Shown one piece after another: positions 23,250 to 32,420 of a DNA stretch of 32,420 bases (position 1 is its first letter; each line of letters opens with the position of its first letter). Position numbers and translations under genes: made by a program. A model generated the notes under the pieces. The model saw nothing but the letters and a program-made list of their open reading frames with translations, was not told the origin of the DNA and ran no database searches. The DNA lies in assembly GCF_001194135.2 (NCBI RefSeq), contig NC_068987.1:57216708-57249127 (forward strand), in the 5' to 3' direction. Source of the DNA: Octopus bimaculoides (Eukaryota).

Positions 23250-25370
23250 CAATCAAAAGACTTGATAATAAAGATCATCCAATTAATATACTACCACTAA
23301 CACAGAATCAACAATGAACGCCAATAAAGACACTTGAGTTGGAAAAATATCTTCAAAACAACATGTCGACATTCAAAGAGTTGCAGAGGAAAACTGGCTT
23401 ATTAAAAAAATAAAACATAGCCCAAAATGCTCTACTCATATTCAAACAAACATAGGATCGCTTTTCATTCAATGGGACACTGAAAGATGACAAAAGCATT
23501 GTCTACCATGATGCCAAAGAAATGGCAGAAGCTCTACAGAAATAATATTGCTCTGTCTTTAGTGATCAACTAATATTGCTTTCAAGTTTTGGCACAATTT
23601 CGGGGGATGGGTTAAGTCTATTGCATTGACCCCCCAGTGTTCAACTGGAACTTATTTTATCGAACCCGAAAGGATGAAAGTCGAACTCGGCGGCATTTGA
23701 ACTTACAACGCAAAGTCGGAAGAAATGCCGCTAAGCATTTTGTCCGACTCGGTAACGATTCTGCCAACTCGCCACTTTAGTGATCTAACTGATATTGACG
23801 TAAAAGATATCAACGAGCTCAACCTCGTACATATTATATCTGACATAACTTTCATTGCCTCAGACATTACCGCAACAGCAATAAATGAAACCAAACATTA
23901 TTTTGCAGCTGTCACCAACAGATTCCTGCAAGTGTTCTGGAAGAATGCAGACACCAACTTGCTCTCTTTTCTAACCAACCTCTGGAGAAAATCTTTAGAC
24001 TCATGTTATATATCGAAACACTTCTTATCCCAGTCTTCTAAAAGGTTACTTGCAGCTAACTATCGTCCAATTTCATTCACTTTCCATATCATCAACATGT
24101 TTGAAAGGGTAGTTAAATCATAGATAACTGGCTTCCCGGAGAGTGACAATCTCTAAATCTCAGCCAGCATGGCTTCCGCTACGACAGACACTGCTTAACA
24201 CAACCTTTACATCACATCAATATCCTCAAAGTTTTAGGAACGAGCTCGTGCTTTGATAATATATATCTTGATTTCAGCAAAGCCTTCGAGAAATTCGAAC
24301 ACAACATCCTTCTGTTAAAACTGTCCAATATTGGAATCCGTGGTAAATTGCTGCACTTGATTAAATTATTTCCTGGTGAACAGAACTCAGCAAATTGTGA
24401 TCGATGGAATCCACTCAAGCCCATCAAAAGTCACTCACAGTGTTCTCCAAGGGACTGTTTTGGCCCACTTTTCTTCATAATCTATACAAGTGTCACCTCA
24501 AATGTCATTAAGCGCAGCAAAATAATATTTTTGCAGCTGACTCTAAGCTTCAGAAACTTAATGGAAAAGACCGAACTTAACCCCAGTCTGATCTGCATGC
24601 AGTAAGTCAATGGGTGTAGAAAACAACATGCAGTTAAACGAGAAAAAACTGGAACTCATGCAGTTTGGAAAAGAGAATGCGCTCAAACAACCATACTCTT
24701 TTCCTCCAGGAGAACTATCAGAGACTCTGGATAATTGTTAATGACACACTGAGCTGAAGCGCTCACATTAACAATAAAGTCGACAGGGCACGTAAATGAG
24801 TCCCTCAGAACTTTCCGGTTCAGTGAGCCATGGCCACACCTAGGATACTGTTGTCTCCTATCGTTTCCTGGTACCAAACAAGAATGCAATCACTAAAAAA
24901 AGGCATCACTGATCTTAATTACCGGGACCACATTAAATCAATGAAACGTTATTCTTTCCAACTTTATTCTCCTCTGGTGAGAATATATCACCAGCATTGC
25001 CCAAACGACCTTAAAATCAAATTCAAAATTTATCCAAGGTAGGGACCCGTGTCATACGCTCCCTACTCAGTTCAAGTTCACAACACATAAATGCACTACA
25101 ACGCAATTATCTTTCCGAAACACGCCCTGTTCTATGTAACATTGTCCAAAACCAATAAAAGCACAAAAAGAGAGCTCATCACCTTCATACAATATCTGGA
25201 TGGATTTCTTTAGGAGATACCAGACAAGTAGCCTATACATGGATAGGCTGCAACTCCCTACTTGAATGGACTATGACACCACAAAACATGACTTTAAAAT
25301 GACTTAACAGATTCAATCAGATAGAGCTATTAAGTTTGACATGGCCTGGGCCAATCTTTGGCCGAAACAT
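23250..25370 (+). mobile_element. 5'-truncated, decayed CR1/L2-group LINE (ORF2 reverse-transcriptase region)
   Basis: KEMAEALQK*YCSVFSD, LWRKSLD, NYRPISF..HII.MFERVV, YLDFSKAFEK..HNILLLKL..IGIRGKL, FAADSKL (YADD equivalent mutated), NNMQLNEKK; multiple frameshifts. End coordinates approximate. Confidence 0.88.
23568..23774 (-). mobile_element. SINE family B nested in the CR1-like LINE
   Basis: Reverse complement of family B, flanked by the 11-bp direct repeat CTTTAGTGATC (23557-23567, 23775-23785). Confidence 0.88.
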
Positions 25371-25874
25371 ATCTATTTTCTTTTCATTTTTATCTATAAC
25401 ACCAAAATAAAAATATCTCTTCATCAACACGAAAATACAAACTAGCAAACCGCTGAACATTCTTCAGATAGCCACAGTAATATATTTAAATTTCACTGTA
25501 AAGCCTCAACATTTGTAAACTTCATGACTTAAAACTAAAACGTTGGACTCAGAGGTAGGACACTTTCTCCTTGGTTTACCATGCATTTCCAACAACTAAA
25601 CATTACAAACAAATTATGATGGGAAAATCTTACTTGTCAGCATCATAATTTTATAAAGAATTCCACACAAAAAAAAAAACTTTAGAAGATTTACTAATAT
25701 CAAAATGCAAGCTAAAATTCAAAACTCAGATGACTGCAAGACATCGAGACAGAAAAAAAAATTTAACCTACCAGACCTTAATCTTTGAATAATTTAAAAT
25801 CCAATGTTTATAAGTTATAACTCAACTGTTTTAACAATTTGCGACCTACCGCAAAGGACGCAAATACCATATAT

Positions 25875-25935
25875 TTACTTTATTCTTTCCCTCGTTTTAG
25901 TCATTCGACTGTGGCCATACTGGAGAACCGCCTTC
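25875..25935 (-). mobile_element. SINE family A 3' terminal fragment
   Basis: TTAGTCATTCGACTGTGGCCATACTGGAGAACCGCCTT is the reverse complement of the family A tail. Confidence 0.7.
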
Positions 25936-26089
25936 GTATTTTGATAAATATAACCGAGAAAATCTTGAATGTTTAATGGATTTTTGGATTTAGGACTGCT
26001 AAAGTTCCAAATGGCTATTCCTCAGTCCCAGGGAGAGGGACATATGTCCGACAAGTACCATTCGGTGTATGGTGTCTTGGAATTTTTTT

Positions 26090-26415
26090 CAGGTGAAGTC
26101 ATGGCACTTTGGACGATAGAGCACCACGTGTTTGCCTACGAATTTTACGCATCAGACAAGCTTTGATACGGAGTCCGAATCGCTCAGCTCGTAGGCATTC
26201 CACTGAACTTGCCATCGATAATCAATCGGTACGGTGTATTTTGCATGAATACCTGCATTTACACCCTTACAAATTGGTCATTAGGCAACAGTTGAAACCA
26301 TGGGACTATGCACAGAGCAATACTGGAGAGAATGGAGGCCAATTTCCTAGAACGCCTTCAGAAACTCATTAATGAAAACGGACATCACATGATGGATGTC
26401 GTTTTCCACACTTAA
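26090..26415 (+). mobile_element. Internally deleted Tc1/mariner transposase remnant (DUF4817-like N-terminus)
   Basis: MALWTIEHHVFAYE, then SPNRSARRHSTELAI...SVRCILHEYLHLHPYKL...QL, joined to the C-terminal NFLERLQKLINENGHHM.DV.F. Confidence 0.8.
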
Positions 26416-26720
26416 TTTTAACAAATGCTAATGCAATACGAATACATTGATGTCAATAAAATTTGTTTGCAGCTAAAATTAATGACTTTGTGAATTTTTC
26501 GAAAACATTCATTCTCTCTGTCTCAGCCAATAACACAGGATTAAAACCCATCAGAATTGCGTCTTTAGGATAATGTATTTGAAAGAAAGTATGAATTTGT
26601 ACGGATTAATGTATATGTGTGCAAACACATACATATACACGCATATACATACATATATAATCATATATGTATATGCATACATACAAATATGCAGATGTAT
26701 TTATATATGTATCGATCTAC

Positions 26721-26772
<52 letters not shown>

Positions 26773-26812
26773 TATATGTATGTATATATATGTATATATG
26801 TAAACATATATA

Positions 26813-27618
26813 CGTGATCTGATCAATAAGTATCCAGACTGTTGCATAGTAACGAAGCTAAAGCGCACAGAGTAAAGCTGCTTGGCACAAATTGACCTTG
26901 TACTTTGCTGTGCATGCGCTCTAAGCTTTAACGTTCTAGCTAACTTTCGCTGTTTACAGCAGTGCTTGAAAGTAACGTACGTAGCGTGTGATCGTCCCAT
27001 TGACTATGATAGAAAACTGAGTAGACAATCTGCATCAAATTTTGCCAAAAGCTTGGCGATACCTGCGCAGATTTTGTGCAACTGAAACCTGAGTGTCTTT
27101 TTGGTCGGCTGAAAACCGTTTTGGCACAAACTTGGCAGACACGCGTCTCATATCCAAATTTTCAGTGATAATGGACTTAACTGAACTGTAGCTAATTTAC
27201 ATATCCTCTGATAACTCACGGATGGTTACTCGACGATTTCCCCTCACATCCGTACGCACATCTGCGGTGTTTTTCTCAGTCCTGCTGGTTGCAGGTCTCC
27301 CAGAACGTTCATCACTATCGATACTTATGGCCATCGTGGAAACGTCTGAAACACTCATAACACTCCTCTCTATACATTTTCTGCACCTCTGAGCAGGTAT
27401 CGCTATGACAGATTTCTCTGTCATGGTCAATGCGACGATCACACGTTACACACGTTACTTCGAAGCACTGCTGTAAATAGCGGAAGTAAGCTAGAACGTC
27501 AAAACTTAGTGGACATGTACAGCAGAGGTCAAGGTAAATCTGTGCCAAGCGGCTATATTCTGCATGCTTTGGCTTCGTTGTTATAGCAACAATCCGGATA
27601 CTTATTGATCTTACCTTG
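26813..27618. mobile_element. Mariner fold-back element with two inverted left ends
   Basis: TA at 26811-26812 and 27619-27620; inverted arms over 200 bp starting GATCAATAAGTATCC; minus strand encodes DERSGRPATSR...NRRVTIRELSEDM*ISYSSVKSIITENLDMRRVSAKFVPK (mariner N-terminus). Confidence 0.9.
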
Positions 27619-27703
27619 TATATGTATATATGTAAACACACACACACACACACACACTCACACAGATATATATATGTAATTGCACACAAAAACATGTATA
27701 TAC

Positions 27704-27745
<42 letters not shown>

Positions 27746-28350
27746 ATGTTTTTATACACATACACACGCACAAATACATATATGTGTAAAAAATGCATAT
27801 ATTTGCAAACACACATACACAAACACGCAAATACAAAAAAAAAAAGAATAATTTAGAAAATCATTCGCGAGTTTAAATAGACATTTATTCACAAGTCTAA
27901 TTTTAATGGCCATAAAATAAAGACAGAAAACCTAACTCCCCACTTTCTTTATAATTCTTTTATGGCCATTAACATTAGTCTTCGGAATAAATGGTTATTT
28001 AAACTTGTGAATGATTTTCGAAATCATTCTTTCCTTTTATATTTGTGCTTGAGTGTCTGTGTGTGTCTGTGTGTTTGTGTGTGCATATATATACGTGTGT
28101 GTGTTTTGCATGGCATAATATTTTTATATTTGTATATATCATTTAATAGGCATGCATTGTATGTATATATATATATATATATACATATATATATAGCTAC
28201 ATATATACATACAGACACATAAATACGCCACAAGTGCAACTTCCTGTATACCAACAAAGGAGGCTTCCGAATGTCTAAAATTTGCAAACAATTGTAACAG
28301 TTCGGAACTCTATTATCATTTTGTGTAGAAGATGAATGTGAATTTCGTAT

Positions 28351-28490
28351 TTAGCATGTAAAACTGTATTGATGTGCAAAATGCTTTCCTCTTGTTCTGC
28401 GCCATCCACCAAGTACATTTGGATCTATATCATTAATTCTGTGGAGAATAGCGTCGTTGCTTATTGATTTATAACAAACCAAACAGAGGT
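28351..28490 (-). mobile_element. Possible hAT (Buster/Charlie-like) transposase fragment
   Basis: SISNDAILHRINDI...FAHQ resembles LSN.TI.RRI.DI...FALQ; short and degenerate. Confidence 0.3.
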
Positions 28491-28636
28491 TCAGTGAATG
28501 CACGGTAGTGAGAGTGGGTAGGTGTATCTTTGCAACTCATTCAAAATAAATACTATCATTAATATTTGTACTTGAAACAGCATCGGATTAAAATAGCGAT
28601 GCGTTTTATGTATTTTCCAGTTATAATGTATGTATG

Positions 28637-28670
<34 letters not shown>

Positions 28671-28978
28671 TGTATACACACACATAATACATAGACATGT
28701 ATATAAGTATATATGCATATATATACGTCCATATGTGTGTGTGTGTGTGTGCATATGTATTGATATATATATATATATACACACAGTGTGTATGACTATA
28801 TATGTATATGTATATATATATGTATAAGTATGGATGCGTATGTGCGTACAGATCTATATGCGTACATAAACACATACATGCAGATATTTCGTTATTAATG
28901 GGGAACTTAAAGTAGCTAAATCTAAAAATAATAGCTTTTGGTGAATCAACACACACACACACACACACACGCACACAC

Positions 28979-29016
<38 letters not shown>

Positions 29017-29225
29017 NNNNNNNNNNNNTATCATACAAAAACATTTTAGTATCGGTTCAGTCATTGAGACTTTTTCAACTCTAAGTATGGAAAACAAATT
29101 GTGGAAAAATTAAATGAAAAGTTTTTTGAAAGAATATTTGCATAGTATTCAAATACAAGAGGCATTTTCTTTGTTTCTTCCTGTCTCTGTCTCTCTTTTT
29201 CGAGGTCGTTGTGAATTCTTTTCAG

Positions 29226-29281
<56 letters not shown>
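29226..29281. repeat. (AAT)n microsatellite
   Basis: Direct reading. Confidence 0.95.
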
Positions 29282-29283
<2 letters not shown>

Positions 29284-29447
29284 TCAGAAGAAGAAGAGAA
29301 AGAATAATAAAATAATGCGGGAGTGGTATGATAGTAGTAGGATGTTAAATGGTCAAGTGCCCTGAAAGTGACTTGTGGATGGTATTAGTGATTGAATTAT
29401 TGAGGCATCTCTGTTGAATGTATTGTTTCTAATATTATATATATATA

Positions 29448-29665
29448 TATCTGTAAAGATACGTGACACTTATTCGGTAGCCATGATAAAACTCCGAGTT
29501 TCAATGCCCGGATAACTGAAGAGATGTTGGTGTAGGGTCCCACCCCGGCATCCGAAACTCGGAGTTTTATCATCGCTACCGAATAAGTGTCACATATTTT
29601 TACAGATAAATTCCTCTATTTACATAATATCGAGGTCTCTTTCTTTCTTTTGTTGTCCTTCCTAT
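29448..29665 (+). mobile_element. Penelope-like pLTR remnant with an inverted partial copy
   Basis: 29448-29510 is an inverted copy of ~29545-29608; a hammerhead motif lies in the + copy, followed by a T-rich tail. Confidence 0.7.
29511..29571 (+). ncRNA. Type I hammerhead ribozyme motif
   Basis: Stem I GATAA/TTATC; CTGAAGA (29516-29522); stem II GATG/CATC plus inner GGTG/CACC and one extra C; GAA (29554-29556); stem III ACT-cgg-AGT; predicted cleavage after GUU at 29566. Confidence 0.75.
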
Positions 29666-29779
29666 ATATATATGGTCAACTCTATCTTTGATCTTTTGGA
29701 ATCGATATAAAATTACCAGACCCTATGGCGGATTAGTGATAAATTTAGGATGTTCGAAGAGGCATCTTACAGTATCTGT

Positions 29780-30735
29780 TGAAGCTCTTTGCGCTCTGAA
29801 TTCAACGCCTGCTACGGCATTGATGCCAAGCTATATTGCTTTGCCGTTCTCTTGCTCAGCATCAGTGGCATGAAAAAGAAAACCTTAAATATATGGACAA
29901 TTTGTGGAAGAGATTTAGAGTCCTTGAAATCCACTCCGGAAGGACAAAAAAAATTCAGACTTCCTCAACGTCAGCAGAAGTAGGGTGGAAAAGGTCAGAA
30001 AGGAGCCGGAAGATTCAGAATTCGACTATGATGCAACAGCAGAGAGGAAAATCCATGATCGACTATCTGACGTCATCAGAACGCCGAAATTCATCGATGA
30101 AATTATCCCAGAAAGTCGATGCATGCCATTGCAAGAGAGAAAGGCGCGGATGAAAAGCTCATCGGGCTGGTGGTGCATGAGGATATTCGCTACTTATAGT
30201 GCAAGATGAGTAAGGGATCATTTCTGTCCAAGGTGATGCAGGAAAAGCGGCTCAAGCACATCAAAAAGCAGAGCAAGCTGAAACACTCGCTGGAGCCAGA
30301 CATGCTATGGTTCCTTTCTGACGAGAAGAATTTCTGCCAAGACCAGTAGATCAACTTTCAGAACAACAAGTGGTTCACTTTCTCTTACCCAAGGACGTGT
30401 CCAGAGTAATGCAGATGAAATTTCCGGTGACAATCATGGTCCTCAGTGTCATCGTCATTCTACCACACTCTTTCTCTGAGAGCCTTAAGCTGAACACCGA
30501 AGGGCTACACCGTGTTCTGAGCGAAGTAGTGAAGCCCTGGATCAACCGGGTAGCTGCAGGAAGACCTTATATGTGACAGTAAGGCTCTGCACCCTGCTAC
30601 ACCAGCTGGAAGACCCAGGCCTGTTGGTTGGAGAATTTATTCGATCACACAGTACCTGACATTGGTCCTCCCAACTCACCTGATTGCAATCATTTCGACT
30701 TTCTTGTGAGGGGCGCGGTGTGGAGCGCGGTGGAA
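29780..30735 (+). mobile_element. Decayed Tc1/mariner DD37D (maT-like) transposase
   Basis: WFLSDEKNF, KFPVTIMVL, Q*GSAP (second Asp mutated) and PPNSPDCNHFD, with 37 codons between the second and third catalytic positions. Boundaries approximate. Confidence 0.87.
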
Positions 30736-31630
30736 CGCTGAACTGTATCTAAGAAACAACAATGATGACGGCAACAGTATTTCAATTGAAGCAAAACGTT
30801 GCTTCTGAGAAGAAAACTTACAATGGAAAATTTCAGACTGATAAGATTTTATGAGAAGACGTAGGCTTCAAGAATTGCCGGTTGTTTACACTGGAAATGA
30901 TATAGCGTAAAGAATTAATACAATGCGGACAATGAGAACATAGAACACAGATGTTTCTAAAGGAACTCATACAAACATAATCCATGAACAGTAATCTATG
31001 TAGGAACTCAAACGAATTGAAATCTCTTTTTGATCATAGATATATTACACACGCATGCACACACCCACCCACCCATATGCGCACTTGCAAAAGCGTCTCT
31101 TGCACACGCGCACACACATATATGCATATATGCTAATACAAATACATAATTTCTTGCACACACTAGCACATCTACTACGATATATATATGTTTGAGGCTT
31201 ATTTGAACACGTAAGGAAGCCGTTCATTGTATTTTGTCAAGAAAATTTTTCGCTGTAGGAAAATAGGCATAAATAGACAGTCAGCTTTCAACGTCCCCTA
31301 ACCACACTGTTGGATGCTTGCATTTCGGAGTCGTTAGGTACGCTGTGATGTGGCTCGGTGTATTTACACCAATTTGTTTACACCGAGAAATTTTCTCTCT
31401 AACAAAATATAGCGAATGGCTTTCTTAGGGGTACGAATATAACTCAAGCATATTTGAACTGATAACAAGTTTGAATTCACGCACATCACTGATTTGCGCT
31501 GTTATACCATACATGCACACACATACATACATAATACATACATACATACATACATACATACAGAAAAACAAACACGAAGACAAGTGTCAGAACAAAATGC
31601 TAGTCTATTAGTTTGACGTGTGAAAAATGG

Positions 31631-31688
31631 AAACGTGTTGAGTTCAGTGGTCCAACTGCCATGTTGGACCACTGAACTCAACACGTTT
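31631..31688. repeat. Perfect 26-bp inverted repeat with 6-nt loop
   Basis: AAACGTGTTGAGTTCAGTGGTCCAAC-tgccat-GTTGGACCACTGAACTCAACACGTTT. Confidence 0.97.
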
Positions 31689-31742
31689 TTTTTCATTCTC
31701 TCTATTTATTTCTTCTTATTTATTATTTATTTCTTCTTATTC

Positions 31743-31778
31743 CTTTCTGTTGAAGAGCGTAGGTTCGAAACGTAAAAG
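31743..31778 (+). ncRNA. Minimal type I hammerhead-like motif (A6U core variant)
   Basis: CTTT-CTGTTGA-A-GAGC.gtag.GTTC-GAA-ACGT-A-AAAG: stem I CTTT/AAAG, palindromic ACGU in place of stem III, GUA cleavage triplet ending at 31774. Confidence 0.65.
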
Positions 31779-32049
31779 ACTTTTCCATTTTCCCGAGCGT
31801 CAAACTAATATACTTGCTTGTTGCTCCTACACCTGTCTTCATCTTTGTTTTTCTATAAATTTGAACTATATATATATATATATATATATATGAAAAACTG
31901 AATAGAAATGGTTTTGATTTTTCCTCTTTAATAATTAGATGTTTACTAATTATTAGGTGTTTACAAATCATGACTCTATTGTGAATTTCTCTCTTAAAAG
32001 TGGTTTTCAAACTGATATTTTAGAGTCTGTTATCCACTGTGTAGATATG

Positions 32050-32348
32050 GCTACACGCACATAGATATGCATGCACATACATACAAATACCCACATAAAT
32101 ACATAGACACGCATAATATATACATTCATATCCACACACACATACGTATACGGGTTCGTGTACACACACACACATACACACATGTATATCACCACACATA
32201 CAAGCATATCTAAATCCACACATGAGTTCATACACAGATACAATTACATATAAAGATATATACACACACAATATATATACGTTTTTATACAGACATATAT
32301 ATATTATTAATAATATACAAAGATACAGTATATATATGTATATATATG

Positions 32349-32380
<32 letters not shown>

Positions 32381-32420
32381 CATATATATACATATACATA
32401 CATATATATATTTATATATA
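32050..32420. repeat. Degenerate (TA/CA/TACA)n low-complexity tract
   Basis: Direct reading. Confidence 0.9.

Larger units (their letters stand above)
31562..31870 (+). mobile_element. Second Penelope-like pLTR remnant (different family) with an inverted partial copy
   Basis: 31562-31633 is a diverged inverted copy of ~31781-31855 (shared TATTAGTTTGACG / CGTCAAACTAATA); minimal hammerhead in the + copy. Confidence 0.7.

Noticed and set aside
29448-29608. TA-flanked TIR MITE interpretation of the palindrome
   Set aside because: Homologous-looking T-rich tail continues beyond the right arm and the centre folds as a hammerhead, favouring an inverted PLE pLTR; not fully excluded.

Overview
AT-rich, repeat-saturated animal genomic DNA from a gapped draft assembly; the SINE families and microsatellite load suggest a coleoid cephalopod such as Octopus (inference, no search run). 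The only well-supported host-gene sequence is one 126-nt minus-strand exon (4068-4193) encoding TM4 and extracellular loop 2 of a leucine-rich-repeat GPCR most like the rickets/bursicon-receptor (LGR type B) group, so most of the window is probably intron. The rest is three tRNA-derived SINE families, decayed LINEs (CR1-like, R4/Dong-like, possibly L1-like), Tc1/mariner remnants and MITEs, microsatellites and seven N gaps. Nearly all long ORFs in the supplied track are microsatellite or N artefacts. Best second-look items: (1) three type I hammerhead-ribozyme-like motifs (29511-29571 +, 31743-31778 +, 6108-6160 -), two of them inside inverted-repeat structures typical of Penelope-like pLTRs and one on the GPCR sense strand; (2) a reconstructable ~0.8-kb micro-inversion (7041-7876) with an inverted breakpoint duplication that scrambles a MITE nested in a LINE; (3) a mariner fold-back element built from two left ends; (4) a perfect 26-bp hairpin. 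These are instances of known classes; no clearly new protein-coding system is evident.
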